A DNA stretch of 64,000 nt. It comes from Eledone cirrhosa. Its lineage: Eukaryota. Below are positions 1 to 12,109 of this stretch, one piece after another; position 1 is the stretch's first letter; each line of letters starts with the position of its first letter. Where the stretch lies: the NCBI GenBank assembly GCA_964016885.1, contig OZ024746.1:77252001-77316000 (forward strand), written 5' to 3'. A program made the position numbers and the translations under genes. The notes below the pieces were generated by a model. The model was not told the origin of the DNA and did no database searches. It saw only the letters and a list, made by a program, of their open reading frames with translations.

Positions 1-735
1 ACTGGGATCATTCTTTCTTGTCACTCCTCTGTCCGTGGTCTTCTATTGTAGCTTACTTCCACTGGGATCATTCTTTCTTGTCACTCCTCTGTCCATGGTC
101 TTCTATTCTAGCTTACTTCCACTGGGATCTTTCTTTCTTGTCACTCCTCTGTCCATGGTCTTCTATTGTAGCTTACTTCCACTGGGATCTTTCTATCTTG
201 TCACTCCTCTGTCCATGGTCTTCTATTGTAGCTTACTTCCACTGGGATCATTCTTTCTTGTCACTCCTCTGTCTGTGGTCTTCTATTGTAGCTTACTTCC
301 ACTGGGATCTTTCTTTCTTGTCACTCCTCTGTCTGTGGTCTTCTATTGTAGCTTACTTCCACTGGGATCTTTCTTTTTTGTCACTCCTCTGTCTGTGGTC
401 TTCTATTGTAGCTTACTTCCACTGGGATCTTTCTATCTTGTCACTCCTCTGTCTGTGGTCTTCTATTGTAGCTTACTTCCACTGGGATCTTTCTATCTTG
501 TCACTCCTCTGTCTGTGGTCTTCTATTGTAGCTTACTTCCACTGGGATCTTTCTATCTTGTCACTCCTCTGTCTGTGGTCTTCTATAGTAGCTTACTTCC
601 ACTGGGATCATTCTTTCTTGTCACTCCTCTGTCCATGGTCTTCTATTGTAGCTTACTTCCACTGGGATCTTTCTATCTTGTCACTCCTCTGTCTGTGGTC
701 TTCTATTGTAGCTTACTTCCACTGGGATCTTTCTG
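1..735. repeat. 60-bp tandem minisatellite, ~12 copies, runs off the window start
   Basis: Each 60-nt line repeats actgggatc...gcttacttcc with few substitutions. ORFs 18..800 and 35..736 are by-products of the stop-free unit. Confidence 0.97.
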
Positions 736-1864
736 AATGTCTTCACTCAACGAGCATCACTTCTTCATTCATCACATATCCCTACCATTTCTCAACATAG
801 AAATAAAAGGCCTCTGTTGATGTTTTCCAATAAGAATTGGAACATTTTTCTTGACCCCCTCCTTCTTTCGCTATCCCTTCCTTCCCAACTTCATATTCTC
901 TCATGATTATTGTTTTTGTCATATTTCTGCAATGATAATTAAGTTAGGAATTCCATCATCTCCTAATTGATTTTCTCTAATTTAATACAGCAATGTCAGG
1001 TGCTAGAGAAAAAAAAAAAAAGAGATGCTTGATTAAAAATTATCTTCTTTCTTTCTCTTTCAAATTTGATTCTTAATAACTGGAGAATATTTAGTAGCAA
1101 TTTTTATCCTCATCCTCATCCCACTCCCTCCTCACCCCCTACTCCCTCCTTATCCTCATCCCCCTCCTACCCCCTAATTACCCTCATACCCCCTCCACCC
1201 CCCCAATCCCCATCCATTCTCATCCCTTCTCCAGTGCTGTTAGTTGCTCACGACACTTTACTGGCTGGAGATTGCAGTCGGTGGTGAAGAAACAAGACTT
1301 ACTTTCTATAGAGTATAAGTATGTATATGTAACAGCCGTACTAAGAGTGGGAAATGAAATTTCGTTTCATTTTTTCCGTTTCTATAGAGTGTTAGTTGGA
1401 AAGTATAAAGTGACTCTGGGCACCAAGGACAGTCAGAGCAGATGTTTCTGGAGGACTTCCATGTTGGGATTTTCAACAATTTCTTCAAATCCCAAAATCA
1501 ATAAATAAAGCACCAGTAATGCACTGGGGTCGATTTAATCAACTTTCACTTCTCCTTCAAATTGCCTTGCGCCTAAAGTAGACACAATTATTATGATTAT
1601 TTATTACAATGGTTATTATTATACCTACAGTTTCTCCCTTGTTAATGCCTCCTTCCCTTTACTTGATGTAAACTCCACACTGTTGTTTTTCATCCTTGTA
1701 TTAGCCCCACGGTTTTGTGCTTTTTGGTACTTGTTCCAGCTCTTTATCTTCAGAGTTCAAAACCTGTGAAGGTCAACATTCAGGGGCTGATAAAATAAAG
1801 TATTAGTCAAGCACTCTGATTACTCTCCACAATTTCTGATCTTGTATTTGTTCCTATCCCAGCA

Positions 1865-4613
1865 TTTTATTATGGTACTAGCACTAGCACTTTACAGAGT
1901 GTACTGGATGTGTTTTATTATGGTACTAGCACTAGCACTTTACAGAGTGTACTAGATGTGTTTTATTATTGTACTAGCACTAGCACTTTACAGAGTGTAC
2001 TAGATGTGTTTTATTATGGTACTAGCACTTTACAGAGTGTACTAGATGTGTTTTATTATGGTACTAGCACTAGCACTTTACAGAGTGTACTAGATGTGTT
2101 TTATTATGGTACTAGCACTAGCACTTTACAGAGTGTACTAGATGTGTTTTATTATGGTACTAGCACTAGCACTTTACAGAGTGTACTAGATGTGTTTTAT
2201 TATGGTACTAGCACTAGCACTTTACAGAGTGTACTAGATGTGTTTTATTATGGTACTAGCACTAGCACTTTACAGAGTGTACTAGATGTGTTTTATTATG
2301 GTACTAGCACTAGCACTTTACAGAGTGTACTAGATGTGTTTTATTATGGTACTAGCACTAGCACTTTACAGAGTGTACTAGATGTGTTTTATTATGGTAC
2401 TAGCACTTTACAGAGTGTACTAGATGTGTTTTATTATGGTACTAGCACTTTACAGAGTGTACTAAATGTGTTTTATTATGGTACTAGCACTTTACAGAGT
2501 GTACTAAATGTGTTTTATTATGGTACTAGCACTAGCACTTTACAGAGTGTACTAGATGTGTTTTATTATTGTACTAGCACTAGCACTTTACAGAGTGTAC
2601 TAGATGTGTTTTATTATGGTACTAGCACTTTACAGAGTGTACTAAATGTGTTTTATTATGGTACTAGCACTAGCACTTTACAGAGTGTACTAGATGTGTT
2701 TTATTATGGTACTAGCACTAGCACTTTACAGAGTGTACTAGATGTGTTTTATTATGGTACTAGCACTAGCACTTTACAGAGTGTACTAGATGTGTTTTAT
2801 TATGGTACTAGCACTTTACAGAGTGTACTAAATGTGTTTTATTATGGTACTAGCACTAGCACTTTACAGAGTGTACTAGATGTGTTTTATTATGGTACTA
2901 GCACTAGCACTTTACAGAGTGTACTAAATGTCTTTTATTATGGTACTAGCACTAGCACTTTACAGAGTGTACTAAATGTGTTTTATTATGGTACTAGCAC
3001 TAGCACTTTACAGAGTGTACTAGATGTGTTTTATTATGGTACTAGCACTAGCACTTTACAGAGTGTACTAGATGTGTTTTATTATGGTACTAGCACTTTA
3101 CAGAGTGTACTAAATGTGTTTTATTATGGTACTAGCACTTTACAGAGTGTACTAAATGTGTTTTATTATGGTACTAGCACTAGCACTTTACAGAGTGTAC
3201 TAGATGTGTTTTATTATGGTACTAGCACTAGCACTTTACAGAGTGTACTAAATGTGTTTTATTATGGTACTAGCACTAGCACTTTACAGAGTGTACTAGA
3301 TGTGTTTTATTATGGTACTAGCACTAGCACTTTACAGAGTGTACTAGATGTGTTTTATTATGGTACTAGCACTAGCACTTTACAGAGTGTACTAGATGTG
3401 TTTTATTATGGTACTAGCACTTTACAGAGTGTACTAAATGTGTTTTATTATGGTACTAGCACTAGCACTTTACAGAGTGTACTAGATGTGTTTTATTATG
3501 GTACTAGCACTAGCACTTTACAGAGTGTACTAGATGTGTTTTATTATGGTACTAGCACTAGCACTTTACAGAGTGTACTAAATGTGTTTTATTATGGTAC
3601 TAGCACTAGCACTTTACAGAGTGTACTAGATGTGTTTTATTATGGTACTAGCACTAGCACTTTACAGAGTGTACTAGATGTGTTTTATTATGGTACTAGC
3701 ACTAGCACTTTACAGAGTGTACTAGATGTGTTTTATTATGGTACTAGCACTAGCACTTTACAGAGTGTACTAGATGTGTTTTATTATGGTACTAGCACTT
3801 TACAGAGTGTACTAAATGTGTTTTATTATGGTACTAGCACTTTACAGAGTGTACTAAATGTGTTTTATTATGGTACTAGCACTAGCACTTTACAGAGTGT
3901 ACTAGATGTGTTTTATTATGGTACTAGCACTAGCACTTTACAGAGTGTACTAGATGTGTTTTATTATGGTACTAGCACTTTACAGAGTGTACTAAATGTG
4001 TTTTATTATGGTACTAGCACTAGCACTTTACAGAGTGTACTAGATGTGTTTTATTATGGTACTAGCACTAGCACTTTACAGAGTGTACTAAATGTGTTTT
4101 ATTATGGTACTAGCACTAGCACTTTACAGAGTGTACTAGATGTGTTTTATTATGGTACTAGCACTAGCACTTTACAGAGTGTACTAGATGTGTTTTATTA
4201 TGGTACTAGCACTTTACAGAGTGTACTAAATGTGTTTTATTATGGTACTAGCACTAGCACTTTACAGAGTGTACTAGATGTGTTTTATTATGGTACTAGC
4301 ACTAGCACTTTACAGAGTGTACTAGATGTGTTTTATTATGGTACTAGCACTTTACAGAGTGTACTAAATGTGTTTTATTATGGTACTAGCACTTTACAGA
4401 GTGTACTAAATGTGTTTTATTATGGTACTAGCACTAGCACTTTACAGAGTGTACTAAATGTGTTTTATCGTGGTATGAGCACTATCATTTTACAGAATGT
4501 ACTGGATGTGTTTTATTGTGGCACCAACACTATCACATTACAGCATGGACTGGGTGTGTTTTATCATGTTACCAGCACAGAGCGTACTGGGTGCTTTTTA
4601 TCGTGATACCAGC
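1865..4613. repeat. 39/45-bp minisatellite, ~60 units, derived from an RTE/SINE 3' sub-repeat
   Basis: Unit ttttattatggtactagc(actagc)actttacagagtgtacta(g/a)atgtg. Both lengths are multiples of 3, which gives the artefactual 898-aa ORF. Confidence 0.95.
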
Positions 4614-4673
4614 ATATATTTTATATGTATAAATTAAATTTAAATTGTGTGTGTGTGTATATATACATATCAT

Positions 4674-7484
4674 AAAGTAATCTCAGTGTACAGGGTAAAT
4701 GCAAGAATCATTAAACTTAGACTAGTCCTGAATAAGACAATTACCACAATAATATCAGCTTACGCACCCCAATCGGGGCTGCCAGACGAACTTAAGGATA
4801 GGTTTTACGAGTCCCTAATACACACTACTGCTCTAACAGACGACAAGGACTTCCTAATCATTGCAGGAGATTTTAACGGACACGTAGGTAAACACTGCGA
4901 CGGCTTCAATAGAGTACATGGAGGCCATGGAGTTGGCACAAGGAATGAGGAAGGATTCAGACTTCTAGAATTCTGCGACGCCAATGACATGTCGATATGT
5001 AACACAAACTTTAAAAAACCCGACAACCACCTGATCACCTATAGATCAGGGGAGCACTCTAGTCAGTTAGATTTTATCCTCATCAGAGGACGTGACAGAT
5101 GGACGGTCGTAAACACAAAAGCCTTCCCTAGTGAGGAATGTACATCCCAACATAGCTTAGTTGTCAGCGACCTCACGGTCAGAACTAGACGAGCCCTGAA
5201 ACAGAGGCCAACCTGGAGAAGAAAGATCTGGAAGCTGAAAGTCCCCTCAACCAGTAACAGATTTAAAGATATTTTACTCAACGCCTACGACAGTAAAGAA
5301 GAACAGATAGAGACATTTAACGTAGAAGAGAACTGGGAGTTCCTAAAAAATAACTTACTAGAGGCGACGGATGAGGTTTGTGGCTGGAGTAAGACTTCAA
5401 GCAGGAGGAGAGTGACTTGGTGGTGGAACAATAAGGTAGATGAAGCAGTCAAGGCCAAGAGACAGGCATGGAAAGAATGGAAGAACGGGGGGAGCAGGGT
5501 ACATTACATAGAGACCAAGAGGGAAGCTAGGCGACAAGTATACTTAGCTAGGAGGGAAGCAGAGGATAGAAAATTCAAGCATGTTTTACAACGTGAGGAC
5601 CAGAAACAGGAGGTATTCAAGATTGCGAGGCAGTGTGTCAGAGATAGTTGTGATGTCATTGGAGAGAAGTGTATCCGGAATGATAAAGGTGAGCTTGCCC
5701 TCACAAGTGCTGAGAAGAAAGATGCATGGAAGAGTCATTATGATAGATTACTAAATGAGGAGAATGCATGGGAAGAAGAGACCCTACCCCACGTAGACCC
5801 TATAGAGGGACCAGCAGTACAAGTCAGCGGCAGCGTAGTAAGTAAGGCAATCAGAGATATGAAGATAGGGAAGGCAACCGGTCCATCGGGTATAGCTGTC
5901 GAGATGCTGAAGGCATCTGGGTCTGTAGGTCACACTATAACCACACGTATCGTTAACCAGGTAATACTAGAGGGGGCCATACCAAAAGATTGGTGCAGTA
6001 GCATCATCGTCAACTGCTACAAAGGTAAAGGCGATGCACTAGATAGAGGAAACTATAGAGGTATAAAGTTGATGGACCAGGTCATGAAAGTAACAGAAAG
6101 AGTTATAGCACAGCTGATTAGGGACCGGGTGAATATAGACGAGATGCAATTTGGGTTTGTACCAGGGAAAGGCACCACTGATGCCCTCTTCCTTGTGAGG
6201 CAATTACAGGAAAAGTACCTAGCTAAAAGTAAGCCACTCTACTTGGCATTTGTCGACCTTGAGAAAGCCTTTGACAGAGTTCCACGTGCAGTAATCTGGT
6301 GGGCTCTTAGAAAACTAGGAGTAGATGAATGGCTTGTGAAAGCGGTACAAGCCATGTATAGGGGAGCAGTCAGCAAAGTTAGGATTGGCAATGAGTATAG
6401 CGAGGAATTTAGCATACAGGTTGGGGTCCACCAGGGCTCTGTTCTTAGCCCTCTCCTGTTCATCATAGTCCTGCAGGCAATAACGGAGGAGTTTAAGACC
6501 GGATGCCCATGGGAACTCCTGTATGCTGATGACCTCGCACTCATAGCTGAATCTATGGTAGAACTAGAGAATAAATTCAAAACCTGGAAGCAGGGACTAG
6601 AGAGAAAGGGCCTCAAAGTCAACATGACAAAGACTAAGGTCCTTGTAAGTAGACGAGAAAACAGAACCCAGATCCCCTCAGGGAAATGGCCTTGCTCAGT
6701 ATGTAGGAAAGGTGTAGGTAGGAACTCCATTCTCTGCCCCAAATGCAAACAATGGGTACACAAGAGATGTAGCGGGATCTCAGGAAGCTTAATTAAGAAT
6801 GTAGGATTCACATGCAGCAGCTGTGCTGAAACAGCAAGCAAACAGCCACAGGAAACAAGTACCACCAATCTCTGGGAGGGCCCTGTAGAAACAGTAGACA
6901 GCTTCTGCTACCTAGGTGACCGAATTAGCAACGGAGGTGGGTGCTCAGAAAGTACAATAACTAGGGTAAGAACGGGATGGAAGAAGTTTAGGGAACTACT
7001 ACCACTGCTAGCTGCAAAAGGCTTCTCCCTCAGAATGAAAGGCAGACTGTATGATGCGTGTATCCGAACAGCGATGCTGCATGGTAGTGAGACCTGGGCG
7101 CTGAAGGTGGAAGACTTACGTAGATTAGAGAGAAACGAAGCCTGCATGCTCCGATGGATGTGTAACAGTAATATACGTGAACGACAAAGCATAAAGGAAT
7201 TGAGAGAGAGACTGAGCATAAGAGGAATCAAATGCTGCGTGCAGGAGAGGCGGTTACGCTGGTATGGACATGTGATGCGTATGAAGGATGACAGCTGCAT
7301 AAAAAGGTGCAGAGCACTAGAAGTTGATGGAAACCGCGGAGTGGGGAGACCCAAGATGACTTGGGATGAGGTGATAAAAGCCGACCTTACCCAACTACAC
7401 CTCTCAAAGTCAATGACACACGACCGTGACTTCTGGCGTCACGCAGTAATACAGGGTACCCGACCTCCCATGGGTACATGCTGA
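4674..7484 (+). CDS. RTE endonuclease/reverse transcriptase ORF, N-terminally truncated, with PHD finger at 6687-6824
   Basis: ORF 4647..7484. The first ~9 codons are flanking microsatellite and the N-terminal APE motifs are missing. Confidence 0.85.
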   Translation, partial: KVISVYRVNARIIKLRLVLNKTITTIISAYAPQSGLPDELKDRFYESLIHTTALTDDKDFLIIAGDFNGHVGKHCDGFNRVHGGHGVGTRNEEGFRLLEFCDANDMSICNTNFKKPDNHLITYRSGEHSSQLDFILIRGRDRWTVVNTKAFPSEECTSQHSLVVSDLTVRTRRALKQRPTWRRKIWKLKVPSTSNRFKDILLNAYDSKEEQIETFNVEENWEFLKNNLLEATDEVCGWSKTSSRRRVTWWWNNKVDEAVKAKRQAWKEWKNGGSRVHYIETKREARRQVYLARREAEDRKFKHVLQREDQKQEVFKIARQCVRDSCDVIGEKCIRNDKGELALTSAEKKDAWKSHYDRLLNEENAWEEETLPHVDPIEGPAVQVSGSVVSKAIRDMKIGKATGPSGIAVEMLKASGSVGHTITTRIVNQVILEGAIPKDWCSSIIVNCYKGKGDALDRGNYRGIKLMDQVMKVTERVIAQLIRDRVNIDEMQFGFVPGKGTTDALFLVRQLQEKYLAKSKPLYLAFVDLEKAFDRVPRAVIWWALRKLGVDEWLVKAVQAMYRGAVSKVRIGNEYSEEFSIQVGVHQGSVLSPLLFIIVLQAITEEFKTGCPWELLYADDLALIAESMVELENKFKTWKQGLERKGLKVNMTKTKVLVSRRENRTQIPSGKWPCSVCRKGVGRNSILCPKCKQWVHKRCSGISGSLIKNVGFTCSSCAETASKQPQETSTTNLWEGPVETVDSFCYLGDRISNGGGCSESTITRVRTGWKKFRELLPLLAAKGFSLRMKGRLYDACIRTAMLHGSETWALKVEDLRRLERNEACMLRWMCNSNIRERQSIKELRERLSIRGIKCCVQERRLRWYGHVMRMKDDSCIKRCRALEVDGNRGVGRPKMTWDEVIKADLTQLHLSKSMTHDRDFWRHAVIQGTRPPMGTC

Positions 7485-7786
7485 AGCATATAAACAATAT
7501 GCCCCCCCCCCACCGCAAGGTGGCCGTGGAGGTGCCACGGCAAAAAAACACCCAGCCCACACTGTAAAGTGGACGTGTAGGCGCCACGAAAAAGCACCCA
7601 GCACTCACTGTAAATGAGGTTGGTGTTAGGAAGGGCATCCAGCTGTAGAAATCAAGCCAGATCAGTTCCTGTATGAGCAAGGCATGGTCAGCCGACCAGA
7701 CACTGCCCACAACAGGACAACCCGTCTAACCCATGCTAGCGTGGAAGAACGGACGTAAAACGGTGATGATGATGATGATGATGATG
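4674..7786 (+). mobile_element. RTE-clade LINE, subfamily A, 5'-truncated within the endonuclease; uninterrupted ORF, 3'UTR and (GAT)n tail
   Basis: APE motifs (AYAPQ, GDFNGHVG, LDFIL, SQH), RT motifs (FVDLEKAFD, VHQGSVLSPLLF, YADD), RTE-type C-terminus (RRLRWYGHVMR), stop at 7484, tail 7765-7786. Confidence 0.95.
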
Positions 7787-9063
7787 CCCATGGGAACTCC
7801 TGTATGCTGATGACCTCGCACTCATAGCTGAATCTATGGTAGACCTAGAGAATAAATTCCAAACCTGGAAGCAGGGACTAGAGAGAAAGGGCCTCAAAGT
7901 CAACATGACAAAGACTAAGGTCCTTGTAAGTAGACGAGAAAACAGAACCCAGATCCCCTCAGGGAAATGGCCTTGCTCAGTATGTAGGAAAGGTGTAGGT
8001 AGGAACTCCATTCTCTGCCCCAAATGCAAACAATGGGTACACAAGAGATGTAGCGGGATCTCAGGAAGCTTAATTAAGAATGTAGGATTCACATGCAGCA
8101 GCTGTGCTGAAACAGCAAGCAAACAGCCACAGGAAACAAGTACCACCAATCTCTGGGAGGGCCCTGTAGAAACAGTAGACAGCTTCTGCTACCTAGGTGA
8201 CCGAATTAGCAACGGAGGTGGGTGCTCAGAAAGTACAATAACTAGGATAAGAACGGGATGGAAGAAGTTCAGGGAACTACTACCACTGCTAGCTGCAAAA
8301 AGCTTCTCCCTCAGAATGAAAGGCAGACTGTATGATGCGTGTATCCGAACAGCGATGTTGCATGGTAGTGAGACCTGGGCGCTGAAGGTGGAAGACTTAC
8401 GTAGATTAGAGAGAAACGAAGCCTGCATGCTCCGATGGATGTGTAACAGTAATATACGTGAACGACAAAGCATAAAGGAATTGAGAGAGAGACTGAGCAT
8501 AAGAGGAATCAAATGCTGCGTGCAGGAGAGGCGGTTACGCTGGTATGGACATGTGATGCGTATGAAGGATGACAGCTGCATAAAAAGGTGCAGAGCACTA
8601 GAAGTTGATGGAAACCGCGGAGTGGGGAGACCCAAGATGACTTGGGATGAGGTGATAAAAGCCGACCTTACCCAACTACACCTCTCAAAGTCAATGACAC
8701 ACGACCGTGACTTCTGGCGTCACGCAGTAATACAGGGTACCCGACCTCCCATGGGTACATGCTGAAGCATATAAACAATATGCCCCCCCCCCACCGCAAG
8801 GTGGCCGTGGAGGTGCCACGGCAAAAAAGCACCCAGCCCACACTGTAAAGTGGACGTGTAGGCGCCACGAAAAAGCACCCAGCACTCACTGTAAATGAGG
8901 TTGGTGTTAGGAAGGGCATCCAGCTGTAGAAATCAAGCCAGATCAGTTCCTGTATGAGCAAGGCATGGTCAGCCGACCAGACACTGCCCACAACAGGACA
9001 ACCCGTCTAACCCATGCTAGCGTGGAAGAACGGACGTAAAACGGTGATGATGATGATGATGAT
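7783..9063 (+). mobile_element. Second, shorter RTE-A copy fused head-to-tail to the first
   Basis: Near-identical to 6502-7786 (E>D, K>Q, V>I, G>S changes). Begins at GATG microhomology with the first copy's tail. Confidence 0.95.
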
Positions 9064-9530
9064 CATCATCATCATCATCAACGTTTAACGTCCGTGTTCC
9101 ACGCTTGCATGGGTTTGGACGGGGGTAGTCCCACTTGAGGCAAGAGTGATTGTCTTGCTCGCATAGGACTGTCTGGCAGGTTTTCTACAGTTGGATGCCC
9201 TTCCTAACACCAACCACATTTACAGTGTGGGTCTGGGAGGTTTTTACCGTGTTGCCTACACGGCCACATTACAGCGTGGACTGTGTGTTTTTTTGTCGTG
9301 ACACCTACACGATCTCATTTGTTTCGGCCTGGATGGCGCGGCACCAACATAACTTTACATAGAACGGGGTGGTGTGGATGGGGTGGGGGTGGTGGCGGGA
9401 CGGGGTGTATTTTGTTAGAGATGCCTACTGGCAAGGCGGGTCTTCTCTGTTACTGAGTACCGCCAAAGGTCTCGGTCCAGTGACATTGTCTTGGAGAGGT
9501 GTAAGTGTGTGAGGTCGGAGTTTATCGGAG
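9062..9530 (-). mobile_element. RTE subfamily C 3' fragment (ORF end, 3'UTR, tail)
   Basis: Minus strand encodes LHLSKTMSLDRDLWRYSVTEKT. UTR matches 38490-39033, 47038-47280 and 57517-57940. Confidence 0.85.
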
Positions 9531-9599
9531 TTTATCTATATATGTATATATATATATGTGTGTATGTGTGTGTGTATGTATATCTATATACTTATACAC

Positions 9600-9745
9600 A
9601 ATGGGTTTCTGCAGTTTCTGTCTATCAAATTCCATTCAAAAGGTATTGGTCAACCACAGGCTAGTAGAAGACACTTGCCCAAGGTGCCAAACAGCTCAAC
9701 CAAACCCAGAAGCATGTAGTCCTGAAGGGAACTTTTAAAGCACAC
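9600..9745 (-). mobile_element. Degenerate tRNA-derived SINE (ccttgggcaagtgtcttctac core family)
   Basis: Homologous to 11855-12000 (-), 36425-36560 (+) and 42140-42295 (+). Confidence 0.65.
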
Positions 9746-11630
9746 ATTCATTATGTCTTTTTTTTCCTTTGTTGCTACTCAACAACTGAGGAGATGTGAA
9801 GATATTTGTGTAATATGATTTGTAAGGGCACTTAGTGTAAGTGGAAAGAAATGACTTGGTATTCTTTGTGGATTTTTTTTTTTTTGTAGTAAATCACTTA
9901 TTTAATTTGAATAGGCTATGTAGTCGGTAAACCCTAAAGGGACGCAACACACATTGCTATAGTGTTTCACCAGCCCCTTTTTTCTGTTGTCTGTTTATGT
10001 ATAGATGTGTGTGTACATATGTAACTAAAGCGTAACGTACGTTATGAATGGACGACTAAATGATTTTAACTTGTTTTTTAACAATTGATGGTGGAAAAGA
10101 TTTCAAATTGTCTTAACAATTGTCTTAACTCTGGCTGCAACTCATGGTGTCTGACACTCTTGCCAGCTATATAGCTTCTTCTTACTTAATTGTATTGCTA
10201 CCATCTCAGAAATTTAACCAATAAAATTATTTAATCCTTTTTGTTCCAAACCACCTCAGGTTCTCTAATACAGTCATTTTCTTTTAAATTTTTAAATTTA
10301 AACCTTCCATTATCATTTTATTTCAGAAAATTGTTTCAAGTAACATGGAAATGTTAATTATATTACTAAATACTTCAAAATACTTGATTATTTTCCAAAT
10401 TAATAGAAATTTTAAGCAGTATCTTTCATTAGGAACATTGTTATGAAAGGGTTAAAGTTAGCAGATATTCTTCTAATTTACTAATATTTTGATAATTTTC
10501 AAATGGGAATTTGTTTAAAAATTTTAATTTTATATTTTTTCTTTCACTTAACATGAGACATTGTTGAATATTAATTTCCTGTCTTATTTCTTTCATTACC
10601 ATGTTTCTAATGAAAGACACTACCTATAATTTTCAAATCATTTTGAAAATAATTAAGAATTTGGAGGGATATAGTAATATAACTAAACTTCCTCATTATT
10701 AAGCTGGTATTATGTTCTTACATAAAATGATGGAAGGTTTTTAGATAAATATGGGTAATTTCGGGTGGTTTGTTATAAAAAGGTTTAATATTAGTTGATA
10801 AAGATAGATTTTGGTGGCAATTTTTGCCTTTCATCTTTTCATGGATGATAAAAAAGTACCAATCCAGAGGTAGTTAATTGGCAGAATAGTTAATGAGTTA
10901 CTATCTGATATGACTTTGTGTGTTTTAAGTTCAAATTCTGGCTTCTCATGTCAGGAGTTGTGACTGGCAGATAATATCAGCAATGGAGAAAGAGACCAGT
11001 GGAAACATTGTCTCTTTAGTTCGATCTGATGATTGGTCCATTTCCATTATACTTATTTTATGAAGTGCTGTATGACTGGAGTAGTTTGTCAAAGGGACCA
11101 CAAAGTTAACCCCTGTTTTTTCAAGGAAAATGACCTTAAAACACTTGTTGTTTATCTGGTTTGAGATCATCATCATAATCATCATAATCATCACTACCAC
11201 CACCACCAACACCACCACCACCAACACCACCACCATATCATCACAATCATCATGACCACAATCATCATCATCACCACCATCATCATCAATATGACAGCCA
11301 TCAATATGACAGCCATCACGACCACTTCCTTCATCACAGCAATAGCAAAATAAACTAAGAAGGTGTGATGTGGATGAAATTGAATGATTTCCCTGAGAAT
11401 TCATTTAAAGATATGAACAAGGACAGACCTATATTTAGGTCTAAAAGTGTAATTTGGGGAAAATGGCTATAAATACTCCTAAGAAATACTTGAGACATCT
11501 GAGTGAATTGTTGAATGAATTAATTTGAAGATGACTACTTAAACAGCAAATATTGTTTGGCCTTTTTATCTTTATAAAAAGGATGTGTGTGTGTGCACCT
11601 ATGTACACACACATAGTCGTGTGTGTTTTT

Positions 11631-11662
<32 letters not shown>

Positions 11663-11787
11663 GATAGATAGAGGAAAAAGTATGACCCCGACGGCAGAGC
11701 TCAAGCTGTTTCGACGGCTATTTCTGGACTAAATTAGAATTTTTGGGTGCATTATGGTCCATCTGGTTCCTTACCACAATTCCTTTG

Positions 11788-11823
<36 letters not shown>

Positions 11824-11854
11824 ATCATCATCATCACACACATACATTCATATA

Positions 11855-12000
11855 TGACGGGCTTCTGCAGTTTCTGTGTACCACATTCACTCAAGGCATT
11901 GCTATAGTAGAACACACTTTGCCAAGGTGCCATGCAGCAGGACTGAACCCAGGACCATGTGGTGGCAAAACAAATTCCTTAACCACAAAGCCATGCCTGT
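11855..12000 (-). mobile_element. SINE, same family as 9600-9745
   Basis: Minus strand reads ggcatggctttgtggttaagg...gggttcagtcc...gcaccttggcaaagtgtg, with A/B-box-like motifs. Confidence 0.7.
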
Positions 12001-12015
12001 GTCTATCCATCCAAC

Positions 12016-12058
<43 letters not shown>

Positions 12059-12109
12059 TTATACAGAGAGAGAAAGAATGAGAGAGATAGATAGATAGAT
12101 CTATCCCAA

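Noticed and set aside
1235-1320. Possible upstream SMG5 exon (..RLQSVVKKQDLLSIEY..)
   Set aside because: It has ag/gt boundaries but lacks the expected KVxxDWL motif, and its phase with the next exon is not convincing.
1865-4613. CRISPR-like array or 898-aa repeat protein
   Set aside because: No unique spacers and no cas genes, in a eukaryotic context. The ORF is explained by unit lengths of 39 and 45 nt.
4805-8991. Antisense ORFs overlapping the RTE copies
   Set aside because: Shadow ORFs of the LINE coding strand with no motifs.
11680-11730. Hammerhead 3' half on the minus strand (GAAAC...GUC)
   Set aside because: No CUGANGA half was found at a suitable position.
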